DNA from: Candidatus Saccharimonadota bacterium
GTDB lineage: Bacteria > Patescibacteriota > Microgenomatia > UBA1406 > GWC2-37-13
NCBI GenBank assembly: GCA_001790095.1
Contig: MGBH01000001.1
Coordinates: 1,080,001 to 1,112,000, forward strand
Direction: 5' to 3'
Length of the DNA: 32,000 bases
Shown piece by piece: positions 1 through 7,369 of the stretch; the first letter of the stretch is position 1, and every line of letters begins with the position of its first letter. A program made the translations under genes and the position numbers. Below the pieces are notes generated by a model. It had not been told where the DNA came from. It made no database searches and saw nothing but the letters and a program-made list of their open reading frames with translations.

Positions 1-325
1 CATCTTCCCGTTTGTGAAATGTGGCCAAAGCTTTTTCAAGATCCTTGTACACTTTAAAAGTACCTGATATAAATCTAACAGCTCCTGGTCCAGTACCAAA
101 TGTTTGAGAAGCGTTTTCCTCCCCTTTTCTTAAGGCACTCTCAAACCTCAGTCCGAGGTAATCGTTTGAGTTAAAGATAAGGTATCTCTTTTTTTTTATG
201 ATCGCGCGCGGGGATGGATCATCTGTAAAACCTTCTATGATTTTTTCACCCCTTTTTGCCGTATGGGAATGGTCAATTCGTTCAATTTCTTTTTGTAAAA
301 CCGAATGAAATAAATTTCTTTTCAT
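1..325 (-). CDS. kbl: 2-amino-3-ketobutyrate CoA ligase (glycine C-acetyltransferase), N-terminal part; ORF continues past the left edge
   Basis: Minus-strand ORF with ATG at 325-323. My translation is MKRNLFHSVLQKEIERI...LIFNSNDYLGLRFESALRKGEENASQTFGTGPGAVRFISGTFKVYKDLEKALATFHKRED. It matches the N-terminal Kbl/BioF-class PLP enzyme pattern (NxYLGL; VRFI(C/S)GT...ELE..LA.F). It lies 19 nt downstream of tdh, the classical partner gene. Confidence 0.8.
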   Translation of the reverse strand, partial: MKRNLFHSVLQKEIERIDHSHTAKRGEKIIEGFTDDPSPRAIIKKKRYLIFNSNDYLGLRFESALRKGEENASQTFGTGPGAVRFISGTFKVYKDLEKALATFHKRED

Positions 326-344
326 AGGAAAAAATTATTTATAA

Positions 345-1292
345 CTATTTTGATTGTTCCAACTTTTTCTTTAACCCCTCATACATAACTTTTGTCATTT
401 TTGATAAATTATATTTTGGTTTCCAGCCCCAGTCTTTTCTGGCTTCTCTGTCATCGATTGATCTGGGCCAACTATCGGCGATGCGCTGGCGATGATCCGG
501 TTTGTAGTCATGGGTAAATCCAGGTACAAACTTAATGATTTCCTTTACCAATTCCTCAGGCGTGAAGCTGACGGCGGCGAAATTATAGCTTGTTCTAATG
601 GTGATTTTTTTTGATGGCGCATTCATAAGGTTAATAGTGCCTTCTATCGCATCATCGATATACATCATGGGAAGGCGGGCATCTTTCTTTAAAAAAATAC
701 TGTAGTTTTTATTCCGTATAGCTCCATAAAAAATATGAACAGAATATTCTGTAGTGCCATCGCCAGGAGGAGCATTATACCCGATAAGGCCAGGATATCG
801 CAGACTTCTCACATCAAGCCCGTGTTTTAAAAAGTAATACTGACAAAGAAGCTCTCCAGCCACCTTATTGACTCCATACATGGTGGTTGGTTCTAAAATT
901 GTGTGTTGAGGAGTATGGTCTTTAGGTGTTGATGGTCCAAATGCGGCAATTGAACTTGGCCAAAAGATTTTAATCTTATGCATTACTCCCAGATCAAGAA
1001 TGTTTTTTAAGCCGCCTAAGTTTACTTCCCATGCGAGGGATGGATTTTTCTCGCTTGAAACAGACAGAAGACCTGCCAGATGATAGATCTCAGTTACATG
1101 GTGCTTCTTTATTATTTTTGATAAAACATTTTTGTCCCTCACGTCACCATGTTCTACAATCTCTCCATAGTTTATTCCGGATGTCTTATGATTAAGAGCA
1201 ACGATTGCTTTTGATGAATACTTTTTTTGAAGAGCTTTTCTTAAATCTGTTCCAACCAAGCCAAAGGCACCTGTGATGAGGATTTTTTTCAT
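345..1292 (-). CDS. tdh: L-threonine 3-dehydrogenase, NAD-dependent epimerase/extended-SDR type
   Basis: N-terminal Rossmann motif ITGAFGLVG and YGVNKVAGELLCQYY (YxxxK). The long C-terminal match RYPGLIGY..PGDGTTEY, RLPMMYIDDAI, SFTPEEL, IADSWPRSIDD..ARKDWGWKP is typical of the SDR-type TDH family. It is paired with kbl. Confidence 0.85.
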   Translation of the reverse strand: MKKILITGAFGLVGTDLRKALQKKYSSKAIVALNHKTSGINYGEIVEHGDVRDKNVLSKIIKKHHVTEIYHLAGLLSVSSEKNPSLAWEVNLGGLKNILDLGVMHKIKIFWPSSIAAFGPSTPKDHTPQHTILEPTTMYGVNKVAGELLCQYYFLKHGLDVRSLRYPGLIGYNAPPGDGTTEYSVHIFYGAIRNKNYSIFLKKDARLPMMYIDDAIEGTINLMNAPSKKITIRTSYNFAAVSFTPEELVKEIIKFVPGFTHDYKPDHRQRIADSWPRSIDDREARKDWGWKPKYNLSKMTKVMYEGLKKKLEQSK

Positions 1293-1354
1293 ATTTATTT
1301 TAATAAATATTAATAGGGCGGTTTTTCATTGTAGCACAAAAATAGTATCGTATA

Positions 1355-2305
1355 ATGGATTATATGTATGATTTGTTAGTAAAACTGTGTCTCGGTGTTA
1401 TCGTTCTTCTTTTTTCTACTCAAGTGTTTATTCAGATAGCTAAAAAAATGTCACATATCGTTAAAATCTCACCTCTGATAATCGGTGCAACTTTCGTTGC
1501 AATAGGAACTTCTTTGCCAGAGCTTGTGGTGTCTATGACCGCGGTGTTACAGAAAGATACGGGTTTGGCCATGGGGAATATAATTGGTTCAAACATAGTA
1601 AATATTTTTTTGGTACTTCCTGTAGCTATTTTCACAGGAAAACTGCGCATTGGTACAAACAAGACCCAGCGTAACGCACTTATTATGGTTGGAATAACCC
1701 TTATCTTTATATTTATACAGTTTTTAAAACCTGTACCCATAGCTTCAGGTCTATTTCTTATCATCCTAGCTTTGCTTGTCACTGTTTTAGAGTTTGAACA
1801 AGGTGTGTTTGGGCGCAACCACGAAGACTCATTGCGGTTTAATAAAAAGAATCATAACAGAATAACAATTCTTGCGGTGATAATAGCTGTTTTGTCTATC
1901 GTTGGAATAATCATGGGAGGTATTCTGGTTGTTTCTTCCATAGAAAGTATTTCGAGAATCACGGGCTATTCAACCACCATACTGGGGTTGTCCTTGACTG
2001 CCGTTGCTACATCTTTGCCAGAGCTATTGACAACAGTCATAGCACAGGAAGAGCATCAAGAAAAAATGACAATAGGTAACATCATTGGAAGTAATATTTA
2101 TAATCTATTGTTAGTTGGTGGTCTAACTATGATTTTTACTACGGGCTTGGTGATAGCATCAATTAATTGGATTTGGCTTATCATATCAACGGTAGGTTTT
2201 GCCTATATATTAAGACGCTATAAAGGAATATTTATTCCTAAGCGGCTTGGAGCAGTATTGATACTTTTATTTATTGTGTATCTTTTTACCCTAGGAATAA
2301 AATAA
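1355..2305 (+). CDS. CaCA-family Na+/Ca2+ exchanger membrane protein (YrbG-like)
   Basis: Polytopic membrane protein with two alpha-repeat signatures: GTSLPELVVS...GNIIGSNIVN and ATSLPELLTT...GNIIGSNIYN. An alternative start at ATG 1364 lies 7 nt after a TATAAT at 1351-1356. Confidence 0.85.
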   Translation: MDYMYDLLVKLCLGVIVLLFSTQVFIQIAKKMSHIVKISPLIIGATFVAIGTSLPELVVSMTAVLQKDTGLAMGNIIGSNIVNIFLVLPVAIFTGKLRIGTNKTQRNALIMVGITLIFIFIQFLKPVPIASGLFLIILALLVTVLEFEQGVFGRNHEDSLRFNKKNHNRITILAVIIAVLSIVGIIMGGILVVSSIESISRITGYSTTILGLSLTAVATSLPELLTTVIAQEEHQEKMTIGNIIGSNIYNLLLVGGLTMIFTTGLVIASINWIWLIISTVGFAYILRRYKGIFIPKRLGAVLILLFIVYLFTLGIK

Positions 2306-2636
2306 GAAAAGATGAAAATAGAAATAATACCTCTTTAAAGTCACGGACCTTATTTCCAGAAAAAAAGATTCCTTCTGCTTTAAGAAGATATCTTTTTTTT
2401 GTGATTGCCCTACCTGTCATTTCACCAGAATATCCTCCAATTGATCCATCACTCTTTACAACCCGATGGCAGGGTACAAGGGGAGCATGGGGGTTCTTTT
2501 TAAGGATTTGGCCAATAGCTCGGTAGGCCTTTGTATGTAAGTGGTTGGCAAGTATTTTATAAGTAGTAACTTTGCCTCGTGGAATTTGTCGTAATAATGA
2601 ATATACGATTTCTCTATCAATTTTTGATTTTTTCAT
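2286..2636 (-). CDS. ogt: methylated-DNA--protein-cysteine methyltransferase family protein (MGMT/Ogt, single domain)
   Basis: Active-site PCHRVV motif, preceded by IPRGKVTTYKILA and followed by GSIGGYSG. I chose the start at ATG 2636 (MKKSKIDREIV...) rather than the 2681 extension in the ORF track. The 3' end overlaps the antiporter gene by 20 nt (convergent). Confidence 0.75.
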   Translation of the reverse strand: MKKSKIDREIVYSLLRQIPRGKVTTYKILANHLHTKAYRAIGQILKKNPHAPLVPCHRVVKSDGSIGGYSGEMTGRAITKKRYLLKAEGIFFSGNKVRDFKEVLFLFSSFLILFLG

Positions 2637-2681
2637 AGTGACTCCTTTCTTTGAAAAGAGTCTAACACGGACTTTGCGCAT

Positions 2682-2710
2682 TTGTCAACGGATGGCTATT
2701 ATGCTATAAT
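2682..2710 (+). promoter_or_regulatory. sigma70-like promoter for the MazG-like gene (probable leaderless transcript)
   Basis: TTGTCA (2682-2687), a 17-nt spacer, then TGcTATAAT (2702-2710). The ATG at 2718 is only 7 nt after the -10 hexamer. Confidence 0.45.
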
Positions 2711-2717
2711 ATAGGAT

Positions 2718-3092
2718 ATGGAGATAAAAGAACTCATTTCAAAAATCGAAGCTGTTTCACAGAAATATGCTAAACAATATAAGATAAAACGAAATCCCTC
2801 TTGGTTTATTCTTAAACTTCAGGAAGAGATGGGGGAACTAACTCAAAGCTACCTCATGATGAAAGGAAAGGCTAGGAGCAAAAACAAATCCAAACGAGAA
2901 ATCAGGTCAGACTTCGAAAAAGAACTTGCTGATGTGTTTTGCCATGTGTTGCTGCTTGCTCATTCAAATACGATCAATATAGAAAAAGCAGTTGATGAAA
3001 AATGGCTTTCTTGGTACAAAAAAATAATCAAAAAAAGAAAATCACCAGTCCGAGTATTAAAACTGCACCAAAAAGGGCTGCAAAGAAGATAA
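2718..3092 (+). CDS. MazG-like nucleotide pyrophosphohydrolase domain protein
   Basis: Small all-helical protein with LQEEMGELTQ (EExxE-type motif) and ELADVFCHVLLLA, as in the MazG/NTP-PPase superfamily. The basic C-terminal tail overlaps the convergent gene by 65 nt, so the tail may not be meaningful. Confidence 0.65.
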   Translation: MEIKELISKIEAVSQKYAKQYKIKRNPSWFILKLQEEMGELTQSYLMMKGKARSKNKSKREIRSDFEKELADVFCHVLLLAHSNTINIEKAVDEKWLSWYKKIIKKRKSPVRVLKLHQKGLQRR

Positions 3093-3339
3093 TATTTCCA
3101 AAAGGAAAAAGTAAAAACAGTTGGCGATTGACATCTCTCATAAGACGTGTTCCATAGATGCGTTCATGTGTCGTTAAACACTTCACAAATTGTTCCAACT
3201 CTCCAACTTTAAAGCAGCGTCTTGTTTCTGCAAACCCTCCTTTTTTTATCTGTGAATATGTTTTTATAGGATAGCCAATTGATATTGCAAAAAGGAGCGG
3301 GCTGAGACATAGAAGTATAAGGGCAATCTTTTTATACAT
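3028..3339 (-). CDS. small membrane protein, unknown function (103 aa from ATG 3339)
   Basis: Hydrophobic N-terminus (MYKKIALILLCLSPLLFAISIG) and C-terminus (NIIFFAALFGAVLILGLVIFFF). The start overlaps the stop of the upstream GT-C gene by 8 nt. The longer 171-aa reading would overlap that gene by about 200 nt. Confidence 0.4.
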   Translation of the reverse strand: MYKKIALILLCLSPLLFAISIGYPIKTYSQIKKGGFAETRRCFKVGELEQFVKCLTTHERIYGTRLMRDVNRQLFLLFPFGNIIFFAALFGAVLILGLVIFFF

Positions 3340-4693
3340 AATATCTTGGTAAAAGTACATAACACAAAATAAAAAAATACTGCCAAAGTGAAAACAAAAA
3401 TAATCCATATGCGACTTGTTCTCCGTCTTTTTTTGTAAGATAGGTGAGTCCTCTCCATCCAAACATAATAAAAGGTAAAAGAATTGCCAAAAGATACCTA
3501 CCCTGAATATCGCAAGAGTACCGGTTGATTTTATATGTTGCACTTACCCCCAAGAAAAAAAGAAAAACACACAGACAGTATAGGAGGACATTTTGCCATT
3601 CAACCTTTTTTTTTGTTTTTAGATAATGGACAAATCCCATAATGATAAGAACAATAAAGGTTGAAGAATAAAACCAGAAAAAGGGTTTGAAAGGGTATGG
3701 TTCACCCCACCCCAAAAACCCCGCAAAATGAAAAAAAGCATGCCGAAACTCAAATACGATCTCAAATGGTAGTCTCAAAAGCGGTATAGAAGAGAGGTTG
3801 GCTGTACAAAACAGTGCATAAACTATGTATGACGGTGTAATACTGTGATAGGTGGTAAGAGAATAGTAAAACCAGGGAAAAAGAAGAACGAGGGAGAAAA
3901 CAATGGTCTGCGCAGCATAAAAAAAGTTTTGCTTTAACTTTTTTGTTCTCATTCCTCGTGCAATAAAGAATAAAAAGGCAAACAGAAGGAAAACAATGTT
4001 TTGGAATTTAATATAAGTGGCAACAACCACCAAAATACTTATGAAAAAGATTGTTTTCCTTGACAGCATTTTGTTTGCTGTAATTGTAAGAAATGTAAAT
4101 AAAATACCAAGCGCAAGGGCAGTTGATGCAATATCCGGATTCACTGCAATTCCCATCTTTAAGGTGACAGGGTTTACGGCAAATACAAAGACCAGATACT
4201 CACACACTTTTTTATTTTTTATGACCTTATTTATTACAAGCCACGCAAAGTATATTGCCAAAAAATAAAAAAAAGTAGACGCAAGACGAGTAGCATAATA
4301 AGTTGGAATAACCCCCCCTGTTAGACGATATACGGGGATAAAAAAAGGGAGGGCGCTTATAAAGTATAGGGGGGGGTGATGAGCTTGATATGTAAGGGGC
4401 GGGTTGTTTTGAAAAGTGGTAAAGCCTTTCATTTGTTTTACGGCATTTTGGATTTTTTGGAAGTTTGGAATATTGTGATCGTTGCTTGCAACCTCAACAA
4501 CATCATATATTTGCTTGATGGAAGGGTCAAATACATACAGTCCGGATTTTAGAGGTGTTTTGGGATAGATACCCTGAGCGAGATAATAAACATATTGAAA
4601 ATGATCCGGTTCATCATTGAGTTGAAAGGGAGGGATTGCTATAAAAAAAACAATGTACAAAAAAAGAATAAGAAAAACATACCGTTTCCTCAT
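3332..4693 (-). CDS. polytopic GT-C-type membrane glycosyltransferase-like protein (PMT/ArnT/DUF2142-like)
   Basis: More than 10 predicted TM segments. An acidic first-loop motif PPFQLNDEPDHFQYVYYLA follows TM1, as in GT-C fold enzymes. The start at 4693 forms an ATGA overlap with the stop of the upstream PT-rich gene. Confidence 0.55.
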   Translation of the reverse strand: MRKRYVFLILFLYIVFFIAIPPFQLNDEPDHFQYVYYLAQGIYPKTPLKSGLYVFDPSIKQIYDVVEVASNDHNIPNFQKIQNAVKQMKGFTTFQNNPPLTYQAHHPPLYFISALPFFIPVYRLTGGVIPTYYATRLASTFFYFLAIYFAWLVINKVIKNKKVCEYLVFVFAVNPVTLKMGIAVNPDIASTALALGILFTFLTITANKMLSRKTIFFISILVVVATYIKFQNIVFLLFAFLFFIARGMRTKKLKQNFFYAAQTIVFSLVLLFPWFYYSLTTYHSITPSYIVYALFCTANLSSIPLLRLPFEIVFEFRHAFFHFAGFLGWGEPYPFKPFFWFYSSTFIVLIIMGFVHYLKTKKKVEWQNVLLYCLCVFLFFLGVSATYKINRYSCDIQGRYLLAILLPFIMFGWRGLTYLTKKDGEQVAYGLFLFSLWQYFFILCYVLLPRYYV

Positions 4694-5127
4694 TTCGTTT
4701 TTTCGTGGATCCATGTCTTTATTTTAGGCCACAGTTGAAAGAATATGCCAAAAACAAGAATTCCTATGACTATCAGCATAATAATTTCTTTTGTGGATGG
4801 GGTCGATGATTTTGGACTGGGAGTAATTGGGGGCGCTGTAGGGGTTGTGCTAGGGGATAATTCAATAGATGGAGTGGGAAACGGTGTTTCAGTTGGTGCT
4901 GGGGTAGATGTTGGAGCGTCAGTTGGAGAAGGAGTAATGGTTGGAGTATTGGTGGGTAAGAAAAAAAGCGGAGGAATTTTTTTTATAAAAAAAGAGGTTG
5001 GTTTTGGCGTACTAGTTGGGAAAAGGAGAGGGAATTTGAGATCCCAAATATCTGCATATACATAGCTTCGTAGTGAAAGAAAATTAAAAATAAGCAGCAA
5101 GACAAACACCCCTTTTTGTATTCTCAT
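4690..5127 (-). CDS. Pro/Thr-rich surface protein with signal peptide and C-terminal TM anchor
   Basis: N-terminal signal-like MRIQKGVFVLLLIFNFLSLRSYVYA. Long PT-rich tract (PTNTPTITPSPTDAPTSTPAPTETPFPTPS...TPTAPPITPSPKSSTPST). C-terminal TM IIMLIVIGILVFGIFFQLW. Confidence 0.6.
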   Translation of the reverse strand: MRIQKGVFVLLLIFNFLSLRSYVYADIWDLKFPLLFPTSTPKPTSFFIKKIPPLFFLPTNTPTITPSPTDAPTSTPAPTETPFPTPSIELSPSTTPTAPPITPSPKSSTPSTKEIIMLIVIGILVFGIFFQLWPKIKTWIHEKTK

Positions 5128-5180
5128 ATCAATCTATTTTACTTTTTTTTCCAAAAAAAGCAAGAGGATGAAAATATCTC

Positions 5181-5209
5181 TTGACTTCTCATTTTACAAG
5201 GGGTATAGT
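5181..5209 (+). promoter_or_regulatory. sigma70-like promoter for trxA
   Basis: TTGACT (5181-5186), a 17-nt spacer, then TATAGT (5204-5209). The ATG is 29 nt downstream of the -10. Confidence 0.45.
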
Positions 5210-5238
5210 TTAATCTGTTTTTCTTTATCATAAAATCT

Positions 5239-5562
5239 ATGAATGTGGTAACTCTTACAAAAGATGCTTTTCCGAGAGAAGTATTAGCCTCAAAAGGTTA
5301 TGTATTTGTTGATTTCTACGCAGAGTGGTGTGGTCCATGTAAGTTAACTTCTCCCATCATTGACAGTTTAGCCGATGAGTATAAAGACATAAAGTTTTAT
5401 AAAGTAAACGTAGATGAAAACAGTGAGCTTGCTTCTCAATACTCAGTGTTTTCCATTCCAACCTTCGTTATTTTCAAAGGGGGAGAAGTGGTTGCGCAGT
5501 TTTCAGGCGCCTTAGGAAAAGAGGGCTTTGTAAAAGAAATAAAACAGGTAACAGGTGCTTAA
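5239..5562 (+). CDS. trxA: thioredoxin
   Basis: 107 aa with the WCGPCK active site, the downstream FKVNVDEN and IPTFVIFKGGE pattern, and typical thioredoxin length. Confidence 0.9.
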   Translation: MNVVTLTKDAFPREVLASKGYVFVDFYAEWCGPCKLTSPIIDSLADEYKDIKFYKVNVDENSELASQYSVFSIPTFVIFKGGEVVAQFSGALGKEGFVKEIKQVTGA

Positions 5563-5567
5563 TCCCA

Positions 5568-5987
5568 CTATCTTCTTATTACTCGTATAACCTTTCCACC
5601 AACTATCCGTAAGGTTAAATGAGCCTGTCTCAAGATAAAAATGGCAAACTCAGAAAGCCAACGGCTCGATGAATTTATCGGGTCATGCAATCCTTTTATG
5701 ACTTTTTCATCGGAGATTGGCAGTTTGACATTTTTATACGAAGAGAACTGGGAGGCGGTAGTAGGTTGAAGCCCAAGCATAGTCAGGTCGGGTGGAAGTT
5801 TGATTGTCTCATGTCTTTGTTGTACATACGGCTTGACTTCAGGGGAGACTTGGTGTTCACTCGATTCCTGCATCTGTAGGGATTCGGTTGGAATAGAAAC
5901 AGGTTCAACCTCCTTAGGCAGGCCAATAGAAGACTGTTTCCATTTCTTGATGAGATCGTCAATTGAGGTATAGTTCTTTGCGGTCAT
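5568..5987 (-). CDS. hypothetical protein (139 aa), second gene of the riboswitch-associated pair
   Basis: Non-overlapping ORF 21 nt downstream of the 402-aa gene on the same strand. Acidic/polar N-terminal half and a hydrophobic/amphipathic C-terminus (WLSEFAIFILRQAHLTLRIVGGKVIRVIRR). I recognise no family. Confidence 0.5.
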   Translation of the reverse strand: MTAKNYTSIDDLIKKWKQSSIGLPKEVEPVSIPTESLQMQESSEHQVSPEVKPYVQQRHETIKLPPDLTMLGLQPTTASQFSSYKNVKLPISDEKVIKGLHDPINSSSRWLSEFAIFILRQAHLTLRIVGGKVIRVIRR

Positions 5988-6008
5988 AATTCCATTATAA
6001 AGGAAAAT

Positions 6009-7217
6009 TTAAGCGCATGTTTGTCCACCCACTTCTCTGGCATACTGTTCTTTGGTGACTCCGCAGTGGGGGCAAGAGGTACGTCCTTCACCTGAGGGGA
6101 TAGGACGACCGCATTTTGGACAAGGGAAAGAATTGCTTTTTTCTTCACTTGCGTATTTCTCAAGCGGGGTTCCTTTTAATATCGCATTTATAAGGTCAGT
6201 ATTTGAAATATAGGTTTCTTTTACGTCTCCAGGAAGTGTATGGTTATGGTTTTCAACTACCGGACAGCTGCCTCCTCCTTCAACAAGGGGGCTATTCTGT
6301 TGGATCTGTTGGTATGCATACTGCATGTGCTCATTTGAAAAAGGAGAAAAGCTATATGTTTTTGTTTTAATCTTTTGAGCATATAAATAAATAATAAGAA
6401 GTATCGCCTCTGCTTGTCGTGTCTTATCTAAATAATCGAAAGTATTAGGAGGAATCCGAGTTAAGGTAAGCATGAGTGAAGTGTATACAGAGATCCATGA
6501 GGTAAGATACACTTCAATCTCTTTTTCAAACATCATTGATTGCTGGATTTTATGTTGATCTATTCCAACAGATTTAAGAAGCAAGCGTAGACTATCTTCT
6601 GGTTGAGATGGGCTAATAAATAATGGAGTTCTAAGAAAGGTCTCAGCAGTGTTAAACTCTAAAGGCGGCAGTACTCCAATATCTTGTGCGATTTGCTGGC
6701 TTTTTCTTAAGCTCCCCCTTTTTTCATCATATCTCAAAATGTATTCTTTTACTTTTCCGTTTTGTTGAGGTGCCAGCACAAACATAAATCCATAATCTGC
6801 ATCCTTTGGGGGAGAGATCCATACTGCGGTTGGTTGCTTGTCCCAATACGTTCTCTTGAATACTTCTTCAATCTTCCCAAATCCCTCTGTTTCAGCTTTT
6901 TCCCGATCATTACCCAAACTTGCTGCCTTTGTATATGAATCCATCATATGCATTCCGGCATAATCAAACCCATCCGGTTTAAGGGAGTAGGGAATAGTTG
7001 TATAGGGAACCTTTCCGACGAACTCTCCTAAGAAACGTTTTACATTTTCCTCTAGATAATAGACTTTTTCTTCATCTGGTATTTTTTCTGCCTGCTTGAG
7101 GAATTGGACCTCGTTTTCTATAGAATAATATTTAAAGATAGAGTCAGGTCGGCCCTCATATCGTGCAAGCCAAGAAGTATCAATTTCTCGCGGGTAATAA
7201 CCTGTTTCTTGTCTCAT
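6009..7217 (-). CDS. hypothetical protein with C-terminal C4 zinc ribbon (402 aa from ATG 7217)
   Basis: Long clean ORF. The C-terminus FPCPKCGRPIPSGEGRTSCPHCG is a CxxC-N12-CxxC zinc ribbon, and no obvious TM segments are present. I chose ATG 7217. The 31-codon extension in the ORF track (to 7310) is Arg/Cys-rich and coincides with the structured riboswitch-like RNA. Confidence 0.6.
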   Translation of the reverse strand: MRQETGYYPREIDTSWLARYEGRPDSIFKYYSIENEVQFLKQAEKIPDEEKVYYLEENVKRFLGEFVGKVPYTTIPYSLKPDGFDYAGMHMMDSYTKAASLGNDREKAETEGFGKIEEVFKRTYWDKQPTAVWISPPKDADYGFMFVLAPQQNGKVKEYILRYDEKRGSLRKSQQIAQDIGVLPPLEFNTAETFLRTPLFISPSQPEDSLRLLLKSVGIDQHKIQQSMMFEKEIEVYLTSWISVYTSLMLTLTRIPPNTFDYLDKTRQAEAILLIIYLYAQKIKTKTYSFSPFSNEHMQYAYQQIQQNSPLVEGGGSCPVVENHNHTLPGDVKETYISNTDLINAILKGTPLEKYASEEKSNSFPCPKCGRPIPSGEGRTSCPHCGVTKEQYAREVGGQTCA

Positions 7218-7236
7218 AAAAATCCCTGCTCGGGGT

Positions 7237-7314
7237 AAGGCAAGAGAAAGGTGTCGGACTTTACCGTTGCGGCACAGTCGCTGATTTACACAGCGTTCCC
7301 GTTTTCTCAAGCTT
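7237..7314 (-). promoter_or_regulatory. cobalamin (B12) riboswitch-like aptamer, compact variant
   Basis: The reverse complement reads AAGCUUGAGAAAACGGGAACGCUGUGUAAAUCAGCGACUGUGCCGCAACGGUAAAGUCCGACACCUUUCUCUUGCCUU. A closing helix GAGAAA/UUUCUC (7308-7303 with 7249-7244) is extended by AAGC/GC(C)UU. GGGAA is followed by the hairpin CGCUG-UGUAAAU-CAGCG. GCCGCAACGGUAA resembles CCCGCnACUGUnA, and AGUCCGACACC resembles the B12 box AGYCMGgAgaCC. It sits between a PduO-type adenosyltransferase gene and an unknown gene. Confidence 0.6.
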
Positions 7315-7369
7315 TAAACTATCTAACTTTGATTTTGATCCGTGACCATTATATACTTTTTTCCAAAAT

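Noticed and set aside
4745-5065. 106-aa plus-strand Gly/Val-rich ORF
   Set aside because: It is the antisense reading of the Pro/Thr-rich tract (ACN/CCN codons read as GGN/GTN). The minus-strand ORF has a signal peptide, a TM anchor and operon context.
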